The position numbers and the translations under genes are program-made. A DNA stretch of 64,000 nucleotides, from the NCBI GenBank assembly GCA_964584665.1, contig CAZPAO010000011.1, positions 1,132 to 65,131 on the forward strand. Reading direction: 5' to 3'. Below are positions 33,650-42,538 of the stretch, piece after piece. The notes beneath the pieces were generated by a model. That model ran no database searches. It had not been told where the DNA came from and was given only the letters and a program-made list of their open reading frames with translations. The stretch comes from an uncultured Gammaproteobacteria bacterium. GTDB taxonomy: Bacteria; Pseudomonadota; Gammaproteobacteria; Natronospirales; REEB76. The first letter of the stretch is position 1, and each line of letters starts with the position of its first letter.

Positions 33650-34657
33650 CTAGGTAAAGAACTGCCTAAACGCGGCGATGACTTTGGTCACGTCATCCTT
33701 GCTCACGTCCAAGTGGGTGACGAGCCGCAAGTTCGGGTTTGCCAGGATCACGATGCCCTGGTCCTTGAGATGCTTGGCCAGCGCGTGCACGCGCGCGGGT
33801 TCCATGGATGCGAACAGCATGTTGGTCTGCACCAGCCGGGGATCGAGGCTCAGGCCGGGGAGCCCGGCAAGGCCCTGGGCCAGCGCCTGGGCATTGGCAT
33901 GGTCTTCCGCGAGCCGGTCCACGTGGTTCTCGACCGCATGCAGGCAGGCTGCCGCCAGCACGCCCGCCTGGCGCATGCCGCCGCCCAGCAGCTTGCGGAT
34001 GCGGGCTGCCTGGGCGATGAGATCCTTCCGGCCCACGAGCACGGAGCCCACCGGCGAACCCAAGCCCTTGGAGAGGCACAGGGACACGCTGTCGAAGTGC
34101 CTGGCGATGTCCTTCACCGGGAGCTTCAGCTTCACCGCGGCGTTGAACACGCGGGCGCCATCCAGATGGAAGGCCAGGCCCCGCTCCCGGGCGAAGCGCG
34201 AGGCCTCCTCTATATAAGACATGGGCAACACCCGGCCGTTCTGGGTGTTCTCCAGCACCAGGAGGCGGGTCTTCGCGAAATGGACGTCGTCCGGCTTGAT
34301 GAGCGCCGCAACCTTCTTCAGGTCCAGCGTGCCGTCCACCTCGTAGTCGAGGGGCTGGGGCCAGAGGCTGCCCAGCACGGCGGCGCCGCCCGCCTCGTAC
34401 TTATAACTGTGGCCCAGCGCCCCGATGATGAACTCCTCGCCGCGGCCGCAATGGGCCATGAGCGCCGCGAGGTTGGATTGGGTGCCGGATGGGAAGAACA
34501 GCCCGGCCTCGTGGCCGGTCATCTCCGCCAGGCGCGCCTGCAGCGCGTTGACAGTTGGGTCGTCGCCGAACACGTCGTCCCCGACCTCCGCCGCCGCCAT
34601 GCGCTGGCGCATGGTGGCGGTGGGGCGGGTGACGGTGTCGCTGCGCAGGTCGATCAT
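33650..34657 (-). CDS. ltaE: low-specificity L-threonine aldolase
   Basis: MIDLRSDTVTRPT.., GDDVFGDDPTVN.., PSGTQSN.., SLCLSKGLG (PLP Lys). Confidence 0.9.
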   Translation of the reverse strand: MIDLRSDTVTRPTATMRQRMAAAEVGDDVFGDDPTVNALQARLAEMTGHEAGLFFPSGTQSNLAALMAHCGRGEEFIIGALGHSYKYEAGGAAVLGSLWPQPLDYEVDGTLDLKKVAALIKPDDVHFAKTRLLVLENTQNGRVLPMSYIEEASRFARERGLAFHLDGARVFNAAVKLKLPVKDIARHFDSVSLCLSKGLGSPVGSVLVGRKDLIAQAARIRKLLGGGMRQAGVLAAACLHAVENHVDRLAEDHANAQALAQGLAGLPGLSLDPRLVQTNMLFASMEPARVHALAKHLKDQGIVILANPNLRLVTHLDVSKDDVTKVIAAFRQFFT

Positions 34658-34675
34658 GCGCGGCGAGGCCTCAGG

Positions 34676-35272
34676 TCAGTGGGTCGAAGCGGCCGGAGCG
34701 GGGGTCGCGGCGGGAGCGGGCTTGGGCTGGGAGGCCCAGTCCTTGTCCATCGCGACCGTGACACCGTTGGTGACGTCATAGGCATCGGTGACCGAGATCG
34801 CGCCCGGGATGCTCTTGGTGAGCAGGATGTCGATGTGGTTGTCCTTGGTGTACTGGGTCACCACCTGGCCGAGTTCCTGCTGCACGGGCTGGAGCAGCTC
34901 CTGCTGGCGCTGCTGGAGCAGCTGGCGGGCTTCACCCACGAAGTTCTGCCAGGCCTGGTCCGCATCGGTGAACTGCTTGAGCAGCTTGTCGTGGTCCGAG
35001 GACTTGGCATCGGACTTGTCCAGCGCGTCCTTCATGGCCTTGCGCTTGTTGTTGAGGTCGTCGGCCTGGGCCTGCAGCTCGTTCTGCTTCTGCTGCAGCA
35101 CCTGCATGGCATCCTGTCCGCGCTTCGACTTCTGGATGACCGCCTGCAGGTCGATCACCGCGATCTTGGGGACGCCGGCGCTCTTGGCGGAGGTGCTCGT
35201 GGCGGCCTGGGCCGGGGAAAACGCGATCAGGCCGGCCACGATTGCCGCGGCGGCGATGAATCCTTGACGCAT
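34676..35272 (-). CDS. OmpH/Skp-family periplasmic chaperone
   Basis: Signal peptide. KIAVIDLQAVIQKS.. and a long Gln/Lys-rich coiled region. 18 nt upstream of ltaE. Confidence 0.75.
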   Translation of the reverse strand: MRQGFIAAAAIVAGLIAFSPAQAATSTSAKSAGVPKIAVIDLQAVIQKSKRGQDAMQVLQQKQNELQAQADDLNNKRKAMKDALDKSDAKSSDHDKLLKQFTDADQAWQNFVGEARQLLQQRQQELLQPVQQELGQVVTQYTKDNHIDILLTKSIPGAISVTDAYDVTNGVTVAMDKDWASQPKPAPAATPAPAASTH

Positions 35273-35518
35273 GATCTGATACTCCTGGATGGTAGGGCCC
35301 CGGCCCCCTGGGACCGGGTACAGTCAAAAACCGCACCAGGATACCCCGCGTTGACGGCCCCGGCCACCCTGACCCCCAGTTTGACTGGTCCCGCGGGATG
35401 GATGAGTATCCCAGCCCCCGGCGGCAGACCTGGAACCTAAGCCTGCCCGACCGGTCCGATACAGCACGGCTCTATATAAGTATGCAGTCCCTCAGAAAGA
35501 ACCCCTAAGGAGATTCCC

Positions 35519-38500
35519 ATGTCCCGGCGCATTTCCATCCTGCGTCACGCGGCCTGGTTCGCGGCCCTGACCCTAAGCCTCGGCGCCCTCGGGCAAGCCC
35601 GGGCCGACGCGACCTTCACCCGCTTCCCGTCGCTGAACGGGAACAGCATCGTGTTCGAGGCCCACGGCAACCTCTGGAAGGTGGACCGCAAGGGCGGCAC
35701 CGCCCAGCGCCTGACCTCCGAGCCCGGCTACGACGTGATGCCGCGCTACTCGCCGGACGGCAAGTGGATCGCCTTCACCGGCCAGTACCAGGCCAACACC
35801 GACGTGTACGTGATCCCCGCCGCGGGCGGCCAGGCCCGCCGCCTCACCTTCCACTCCGATGTCGTGGACGGCGCCCCGGAACGCTGGGGACCCGACAACA
35901 TGGTGCTCGGCTGGACGCCGGACTCGAAACAGATCGTGTTCCTCTCGCGCCGCAGCTCCATGAACAGCTGGTTCGGCCGCTACTTCACCGTGCCGGTGGA
36001 AGGCGGCGAGGAGAAGCTGATGCCCCTCGACAAGGGCGGCGTGTTCAGCTGGAGTCCGGATGGCAAGTCCATCGTCTACAACCGCATCTTCACCAACTTC
36101 CGCACCTGGAAGCGCTACACCGGCGGCATGCACCAGAACGCCTGGATCCACAACTTCGAGACCGGCCACGATGAGCTGGCGGTGGACTCGAAGGGCGCGG
36201 ACCTGGACCCGATGTGGTACGGCAAGACCATCTACGTCGCCTCAGACCGCGGTGCCGACCACCGCTTGAACCTGTGGGCGATGGATACCGCCACCAAACA
36301 GATGCGCCAGGTGACCCATTTCTCGGACTACGACGTGGACTGGCCGAGCCTCGGATCGGACGGCATCGTGTTCCAGCAGGGCGGCTCGCTCTACGTGATG
36401 GACCTGCCTTCCGAGCAGCTGCACAAGCTGGACGTGGACGTGCCGGATGACGGCATGCAGACCAACCCGCGCTACGTGGATGCGTCCAAGTACATCCAGA
36501 GCAGCGACCCGGCGGGCGGCCCGAACTTCGACGTCTCCCCCAACGGCAAGCGCGCGCTGCTGCAGGCCCGCGGCGACATCTTCACCCTGCCGGCCGAGAA
36601 CGGTGCGACCCGCGACCTGACCCAGACTTCCGGGGCCAAGGAAGAGAACCCGAGCTGGTCCCCGGACGGCAAGTGGATCGCCTACGCGACCGACGCTTCC
36701 GGCGAGGATCAGGTGGCCATCCGCCCCTCCGAGGGCGGTGCCGAGCAGGTGCTCACTTCCTTCAAGACCGGCTACTTCTACAAGCCGGCGTGGTCCGCGG
36801 ACAGCTCCAAGCTCGCCTTCAGCGACAACGAGCACCGGCTCTGGTGGCTGGACGTGAAGTCCCACAAGGCCACCCAGGTGGACCAGGACAAGCGCAACGA
36901 GATGCATGACTTCACCTGGTCCCCGGACGGCAAGTGGCTGGCCTACAGCAAGCAGCGGGACAACCAGGTCCCCGGCATCTGGCTCTACAGCCTGGATTCC
37001 GGCAAGAGCACGCTCGTGAGTTCGGCCTTCGACGCCGACCTCAACCCGGCCTTCGACCCGGACGGCAAGTACCTCTACTTCGTCTCGGCCCGGCACGAGA
37101 ACCCGGTGTTCACCCAGAGCGAGTTCAACATCGCCACGCTGCAGATGTTCGGCCTCTATGTCGCAACCCTGGACAGGGACGATCCCTCGCCCTTCGCGCC
37201 GCGCTCCGACGAGGGCGTGCCGGAGAAGGACGGCAAGGGTGACAAGGACGGCGACGACAAGTCAGGCAAGGGCGACAAGGCCCCGAAGGCCCTGCACATC
37301 GACCTGGACGGCCTGATGAGCCGCGCCGTGGCGCTGCCGGTCCCCTCCGACAACTACGCCGGACTCACCGCCGTCTCCGGCCACGTGCTCTACCTCACGC
37401 AGGCCAACTTCAGCATCGACGGCCCGCTCACGGGCAGCCATGGCGGCCTGCACTCCTTCGACATGGAGAAGCGCAAGGACAAGGAGATCGGCCCGGACGT
37501 GGGCGCCTACGCCCTCTCCGCGGACGGAAAGACGCTGCTCGTCGCCGGCCAGGACGGCAAGTTCTCCTTCATCGGCGTGGACGGCGGCGACGACAAGAAG
37601 GACCTGGACACCTCGCAGATGCTGATGCGCATCGAACCCAAGGCCGAGTGGGCCGAGATGTACCACATGGCCTGGCGCCTGGAACGCGACTTCTTCGTGA
37701 ACACGAAGATGAACGGCGTGGACTGGGATGCGATCCACACGAGCTATGCCAAGCTCCTGCCCTACGTGGGGCACCGTGAGGACCTGAACTACGTCATCGG
37801 CGAGATCCAGGGCGAACTCTCCAACTCCCACACCTACGTGGGCGGCGGCGACCTCAACGATGACCGCAGTCTCCTGGCCACCGGCCTCCTGGGCGCGGAC
37901 TACGGCCTCGACGCCAAGTCGGGCCGCTGGTTCATCCAGAAGATCTATGCCGGCGACAACACCCGCCACGACTACCCTTCGCCCCTGACCCAGCCGGGCC
38001 TCGGCATCAAGGAAGGCGATTACATCCTGGCGGTGGACGGCCATGACCTGAAGGCCCCGACCGACATCTACAGCCTGTTCGTCGGCAGCCGCGGCCGCAC
38101 CGTGGTGCTGACGGTGGCGAAGGACGCCGCCGGCACGGGCAAGCGCGACGTGAGGGTGGAGACCATCCACGACGAACTCACCATCCGCCAGGACGACTGG
38201 ATCAAGCACAACCGCGAGGTGGTGGACAAGGCGTCGGGGGGCAAGATCGGCTACGTCTACCTGGACGACATGAGCGCCACCGGCCTCAAGCAGTTCATCG
38301 ACCAGTTCTACCCGCAGATAGACAAGCAGGGCATGATCATCGATGAGCGCTTCAACGGCGGCGGATTCATCGACCAGATCCTGCTGGAGCGCCTGCGCCG
38401 GGTGCTGGCCGGCATGACCACCAACCGCCAGGGCGTGCCGGCGACCGATCCGCCGGTGCTGTCCAACAGCTACAAGGTCTGCCTCATCAACGCCTACTCG

Positions 38501-38860
38501 GCGTCTGACGGCGACATCTTCCCGTACTACTTCCGCAAGTACGGGCTGGGCCCGCTCATCGGCATGCGCACCTGGGGCGGCGTGCGCGGCATCCGCGGCA
38601 ACTGGCCGCTGCTGGACAACGGCTACATCACCGTACCCGAGGGCACCAACTACGGGCTCGACTCGCAGTGGGTGATGGAGAACCACGGCGTCGAACCGGA
38701 CATGGAAGTGGACGACATGCCGGGCGACCTCGTGAAAGGCAAAGACGCGCAGCTGGATGCGGGCGTGAAGTACCTGATGGACAAGATCAAGGCGCATCCG
38801 CTCGACCTGCCGCCGGTGCCGGCGCTCGATCCGGCTTATCCGCCGGCGGGTCACGAATGA
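35519..38860 (+). CDS. tricorn-type protease homolog (beta-propellers + PDZ + S41 peptidase), exported
   Basis: AAGGAG SD. Signal peptide ..LGALGQARA. N-terminus FPSLNGNSIVFEAHGNLW.. Repeated SPDGKWIA(F/Y) propeller blades. C-terminal S41-like core. Confidence 0.9.
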   Translation: MSRRISILRHAAWFAALTLSLGALGQARADATFTRFPSLNGNSIVFEAHGNLWKVDRKGGTAQRLTSEPGYDVMPRYSPDGKWIAFTGQYQANTDVYVIPAAGGQARRLTFHSDVVDGAPERWGPDNMVLGWTPDSKQIVFLSRRSSMNSWFGRYFTVPVEGGEEKLMPLDKGGVFSWSPDGKSIVYNRIFTNFRTWKRYTGGMHQNAWIHNFETGHDELAVDSKGADLDPMWYGKTIYVASDRGADHRLNLWAMDTATKQMRQVTHFSDYDVDWPSLGSDGIVFQQGGSLYVMDLPSEQLHKLDVDVPDDGMQTNPRYVDASKYIQSSDPAGGPNFDVSPNGKRALLQARGDIFTLPAENGATRDLTQTSGAKEENPSWSPDGKWIAYATDASGEDQVAIRPSEGGAEQVLTSFKTGYFYKPAWSADSSKLAFSDNEHRLWWLDVKSHKATQVDQDKRNEMHDFTWSPDGKWLAYSKQRDNQVPGIWLYSLDSGKSTLVSSAFDADLNPAFDPDGKYLYFVSARHENPVFTQSEFNIATLQMFGLYVATLDRDDPSPFAPRSDEGVPEKDGKGDKDGDDKSGKGDKAPKALHIDLDGLMSRAVALPVPSDNYAGLTAVSGHVLYLTQANFSIDGPLTGSHGGLHSFDMEKRKDKEIGPDVGAYALSADGKTLLVAGQDGKFSFIGVDGGDDKKDLDTSQMLMRIEPKAEWAEMYHMAWRLERDFFVNTKMNGVDWDAIHTSYAKLLPYVGHREDLNYVIGEIQGELSNSHTYVGGGDLNDDRSLLATGLLGADYGLDAKSGRWFIQKIYAGDNTRHDYPSPLTQPGLGIKEGDYILAVDGHDLKAPTDIYSLFVGSRGRTVVLTVAKDAAGTGKRDVRVETIHDELTIRQDDWIKHNREVVDKASGGKIGYVYLDDMSATGLKQFIDQFYPQIDKQGMIIDERFNGGGFIDQILLERLRRVLAGMTTNRQGVPATDPPVLSNSYKVCLINAYSASDGDIFPYYFRKYGLGPLIGMRTWGGVRGIRGNWPLLDNGYITVPEGTNYGLDSQWVMENHGVEPDMEVDDMPGDLVKGKDAQLDAGVKYLMDKIKAHPLDLPPVPALDPAYPPAGHE

Positions 38861-38890
38861 CATCTAGAATCAGTGTCTAGCAACATTTAA

Positions 38891-38918
38891 CGGCGGCCCT
38901 CTGGGCCGCCGTTTTTTT
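38891..38918 (+). terminator. rho-independent terminator
   Basis: CGGCGGCCC-tctg-GGCCGCCG followed by TTTTTTT. Confidence 0.85.
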
Positions 38919-39004
38919 GCGCCTGAAATTTGTTCCAGGACATCGCAACGGTTTGGCGTGCCCGCGCATCGAATGTGTGCAGAGAACGAAAACGGTATTA
39001 AGGA

Positions 39005-39045
39005 GTGTCCGCGCGGACACTCGAGCGGACACGGACAGATGTCCG
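39005..39045 (+). promoter_or_regulatory. candidate enhancer (UAS) palindromes for a sigma54 activator
   Basis: GTGTCCGCGCGGACAC (perfect 16-bp palindrome) and CGGACAGATGTCCG share GGACA/TGTCC half-sites. They lie about 85-125 nt upstream of the -24/-12 element. Confidence 0.45.
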
Positions 39046-39128
39046 GACCGCGATGGAGACGGGGCAGAGACCGCATCCGACAGGGGAAAACCCCGGTCCC
39101 GCGCGGTCTTCGCGAAGAAGAAGTGGAT

Positions 39129-39144
39129 TGGCACGGGGCTTGCT
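39129..39144 (+). promoter_or_regulatory. sigma54 (-24/-12) promoter
   Basis: TGGCACGGGGCTTGCT matches TGGCAC-N5-TTGCW at every conserved position. An NtrC-family activator is encoded in the same gene string. Confidence 0.75.
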
Positions 39145-39155
39145 AGGTAACAGGC

Positions 39156-40457
39156 ATGAACACCAACAACCCGCAGAAGATAGTGAAGATCCGCGACACC
39201 TCAGGTCAGGACATCGCGGTGGACAACGCCCCGGCTCAGCGCAAGCGCCGCCGCTGGTATATCGGCGCGGCCGTGGCGGCGGTGGTGCTCATGGCGCTGG
39301 CCTTCCCGGCGCTGCACCGCTGGGCCAAGGCCGAGCGCACCGTGTCCCTGGACCAGGTGCGCCTCGCCAAGGTGAGTCGCGGGCTGTTCGTACGGGACGT
39401 CTCCGTCGATGGGCAGACCGTCGCCGCAGTCAGTCCGACCCTCTATAGCGACGTGAACGGCACCGTGACCCTGAAGTCGGTGGCGGGTGACGCGGTCAAG
39501 AAGGGCCAGGTGCTCGCCGTCATCGACAGCCCCGAACTCACCAGCAGCTACCAGCAGGAGCAGTCCACCCTGCTCTCCATGCAGACCGACCTCGAACGCA
39601 CCCGCATCAACTCCAAGAAGGCGGCGCTCTTGAGCCAGGAGAACGTGGACCAGGCCGGCGTCACGCTGGAGGCCGCCAAGCGCGAGATGAAGCGCGCCGA
39701 GGCCGCCTGGGGTTACAAGGTCATCAGCGAGCACGACTACGCCAAGGCCAAGGACGACCTGGCAGCGGCCCAGCTCAACTACGACAATGCCAAGGCCAAC
39801 ACCGATCTCGACAAGGAAGGGCTGAACTTCGACGTCAAGAGCAAGGAGCTGCAGGTCAAGCGCGAGCAGCTGCTGGTCGCGGACCTCAAGCGCCGCTACG
39901 ACAACCTGACGGTGCGTTCGCCGGTGGACGGCATGGTGGGCAACATCGCGGTGCAGCAGCGCACCAACGTCACCCCCAACCAGCCTCTCCTTACCGTGGT
40001 GGACACCACCCAGATGGAGATCCAGGTGCAGATCCCCGAGACCTACACCGACGGCCTCGCGCTCGGCATGGGCACGGAGATCACCTACGGCGGCAACAGC
40101 TACCAGGGCAAGCTCACCGCGGTCTCGCCCGAAGTGCAGAACAACCTGGTCACCGGCCGCGTGCGCTTCGCCGGCACTCCGCCCAAGGGCCTGAAGCAGA
40201 ACCAGCAGGTGCAGGTGCGCATCGTCATGGATTCGCGCGACGGCGTGCTGATGGTGCAGCGCGGCCCGTTCCTGGATGCCGGCGGCGGCAACATCGCCTA
40301 CGTCGTGCACGACGGCATCGCCACCCGGACCTCCATCCACACCGGCGCCACCAGCATCAGCCAGGTGGAGATCCTCGACGGCGTGCAGGAAGGGGACACC
40401 CTCATCGTCTCCGACACCGGCAGCTTCGAGAACGCCAACACGGTCTACCTGAAATAA
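39156..40457 (+). CDS. HlyD/MacA-type membrane-fusion (periplasmic adaptor) protein
   Basis: N-terminal RKRRRW plus TM anchor, long coiled-coil hairpin, barrel-sandwich motifs (VLAVIDSPEL, VRSPVDGMVG). Alternative start GTG 39219. Confidence 0.85.
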   Translation: MNTNNPQKIVKIRDTSGQDIAVDNAPAQRKRRRWYIGAAVAAVVLMALAFPALHRWAKAERTVSLDQVRLAKVSRGLFVRDVSVDGQTVAAVSPTLYSDVNGTVTLKSVAGDAVKKGQVLAVIDSPELTSSYQQEQSTLLSMQTDLERTRINSKKAALLSQENVDQAGVTLEAAKREMKRAEAAWGYKVISEHDYAKAKDDLAAAQLNYDNAKANTDLDKEGLNFDVKSKELQVKREQLLVADLKRRYDNLTVRSPVDGMVGNIAVQQRTNVTPNQPLLTVVDTTQMEIQVQIPETYTDGLALGMGTEITYGGNSYQGKLTAVSPEVQNNLVTGRVRFAGTPPKGLKQNQQVQVRIVMDSRDGVLMVQRGPFLDAGGGNIAYVVHDGIATRTSIHTGATSISQVEILDGVQEGDTLIVSDTGSFENANTVYLK

Positions 40458-40483
40458 CCGAACCCTCAGACGGGAGTCATCAC

Positions 40484-41194
40484 ATGTTGAGCATGCAGAA
40501 CATCAGCAAGATCTACCGCACCGACGTGGTCCAGACCCACGCGCTGCGCGACTTCAACCTGGAGGTCAAGGAAGGCGAATTCGTGGCCGTGATGGGCCCC
40601 TCCGGCTCCGGCAAGACCACCTTCCTCAACATCGCCGGCATGCTCGAGTCCTTCGACCACGGCACCTACATGCTGGACGGCGAGGACGTGAGCCACCTGG
40701 ATGACGACGGCCGCTCGCGCATCCGCAACGAGCGCATCGGCTTCATCTTCCAGAGCTTCAACCTGATCCCCGACCTCAACGTGCACGACAACGTCGACGT
40801 CCCGCTGCGTTACCGCGGCTTCAAGTCCGCCGAGCGCGAGCGCCGCATCCAGGAAGCCCTGGAAGTGGTGGGCCTGGCCTCGCGCATGAAGCACCTGCCC
40901 TCGCAGCTCTCCGGCGGCCAGCAGCAGCGCGTGGCCATCGCGCGCGCGCTGGCGGGCGAGCCGCGCGTGCTGCTGGCGGACGAACCCACCGGCAACCTGG
41001 ACTCGTTGATGGCACGCCAGGTGCTGGACCTGCTGGAGGGCATCAACTCCAAGGGCACCACCATCGTCATGGTCACCCACGATCCGGAACTCGCGCGCCG
41101 CGCGCACCGCAGCGTGCACGTGCTGGACGGACAGGTCATGGACCTGAAGGCCGTGCCGGACAGCGGCAAGCGCGAATCCACCGTCAAGGCCTGA
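40484..41194 (+). CDS. ABC transporter ATP-binding protein (MacB/LolD-type)
   Basis: Walker A GPSGSGKTT, LSGGQQQRVAIARAL, Walker B VLLADEPT, H-loop VTHD. Confidence 0.9.
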   Translation: MLSMQNISKIYRTDVVQTHALRDFNLEVKEGEFVAVMGPSGSGKTTFLNIAGMLESFDHGTYMLDGEDVSHLDDDGRSRIRNERIGFIFQSFNLIPDLNVHDNVDVPLRYRGFKSAERERRIQEALEVVGLASRMKHLPSQLSGGQQQRVAIARALAGEPRVLLADEPTGNLDSLMARQVLDLLEGINSKGTTIVMVTHDPELARRAHRSVHVLDGQVMDLKAVPDSGKRESTVKA

Positions 41195-41207
41195 AACTCC
41201 GGGAGTG

Positions 41208-42527
41208 ATGCACATGTTCCTCTATAACCTGCGTCTCGCGCTGCTGAGCCTGAAGCGCGACCCGGTGCTGACCGCGCTGATGATCGGCGCCGTGGCCATC
41301 GGTATCGGCATGTCCACCACCACGCTCGCGGTGTTCCACTCCATGTCCGGTAACCCCATCGCCGACAAGAGCGACCAGCTCTACGCGGTGCAGCTGGACA
41401 GCTGGTCCCCCAACCAGGCCTATAGCGACCCCAACGAGCCCCCCACCCAGGTGACCTACCGGGACGGCCAGGCGCTCATGAAGGCAGCCAAGGCCAAGGA
41501 CCAGGTCCTGAGCTTCACTTCGACGCTGGTGCTGCAGTCCGACAAACCGGACGTGAAGCCGGACCTGGTCGTGGCGCGCGTCACCTACCACGATTTCTTC
41601 AACATGTTCGAGGTGCCCTTCGAGTACGGCGGTCCCTGGAGCCAGGACCAGGACCAGAACGCCGAACAGGTGGTGGTGCTGGACCAGGAGTACAACCAGA
41701 AGCTGTTCGGCGGCGCCAACAGCGTCGGCAAGGAAGTCGTGCTCAACAACCGCCGTTTCCGGGTGGTGGGCGTGATCAAGAAGTGGACCCCCGTGCCGAA
41801 GTTCTACGACCTGGAGAACGACCAGTTCGGCGACCCGGAGGACGTGTTCATCCCCTTCAACCTGCTCACCTCCATGCAGCTGCACAGCAACGGCAACAAC
41901 AGCTGCTGGGGTCCGCCGCCGCCCGACTCCAGTTTCGAGAGCAGGCTCAACTCCGAGTGCGTCTGGCTGCAGTTCTGGGCCGAATTGCCCACCGCCGCCG
42001 ACCGCGACGACTATCACCAGTTCCTGGACAACTACACCCAGGAGCAGAAGAAACTGGGCCGCTTCCAGCGCCCGCTCAACAACCACCTGCGCGACGTGGA
42101 GGACTGGCTGAAGTACAACCACGTGGTCAGCCAGGACAGCAAGGCGCTCGTCGGTCTCTCGTTCATGTTCCTCGCGGTGTGCATGCTGAACACCATCGGC
42201 CTCATCCTGGCCAAGTTCCTGCGCCGTTCCGGTGAGATCGGCCTGCGCCGCGCCGTGGGTGCGAGCAAGATGGCGCTGTTCCGCCAATACCTCGTCGAGA
42301 CCGGGGTCATCGGCGTGAGCGGCGGCCTGCTCGGCGTCCTGCTCGGCTGGGCCGGTCTCATCGGCGTGCGTCACCTGCTGCAGGACAGCGACCACATCGC
42401 CCGACTCGACTGGACCATGGTGGGCGCATCGCTCCTGATCGCCCTCGCTTCCAGCATGCTGGCGGGCCTCTACCCCGCCTGGCGTGTCGTGCGCATCCCG
42501 CCCGCCATCTACCTCAAGGTCCAATAA
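41208..42527 (+). CDS. FtsX/MacB-type ABC permease, type A (copy 1)
   Basis: N-terminal TM, large periplasmic domain, C-terminal FtsX 3-TM bundle (..GLRRAVGASK..). Start at 41208 or 41214. Confidence 0.85.
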   Translation: MHMFLYNLRLALLSLKRDPVLTALMIGAVAIGIGMSTTTLAVFHSMSGNPIADKSDQLYAVQLDSWSPNQAYSDPNEPPTQVTYRDGQALMKAAKAKDQVLSFTSTLVLQSDKPDVKPDLVVARVTYHDFFNMFEVPFEYGGPWSQDQDQNAEQVVVLDQEYNQKLFGGANSVGKEVVLNNRRFRVVGVIKKWTPVPKFYDLENDQFGDPEDVFIPFNLLTSMQLHSNGNNSCWGPPPPDSSFESRLNSECVWLQFWAELPTAADRDDYHQFLDNYTQEQKKLGRFQRPLNNHLRDVEDWLKYNHVVSQDSKALVGLSFMFLAVCMLNTIGLILAKFLRRSGEIGLRRAVGASKMALFRQYLVETGVIGVSGGLLGVLLGWAGLIGVRHLLQDSDHIARLDWTMVGASLLIALASSMLAGLYPAWRVVRIPPAIYLKVQ

Positions 42528-42538
42528 GGAGTCGCGCC

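Noticed and set aside
33569-35440. Very long ORFs antisense to recognised genes. Examples: 33569-35440 (623 aa), 46313-48331 (672 aa), 37262-38863 (533 aa), 19006-20514 (502 aa), 42776-44257 (493 aa), 22869-24338 (489 aa), 48463-49809, 41184-42524, 26006-27268, 1137-2387, 53197-54429, 39201-40340, 61037-62116.
   Set aside because: They lie opposite genes with clear family motifs. Their translations are Arg/Ala/Gly/His/Pro-rich low-information sequence with no recognisable domains. This is the usual stop-codon-poor shadow frame of high-GC DNA.
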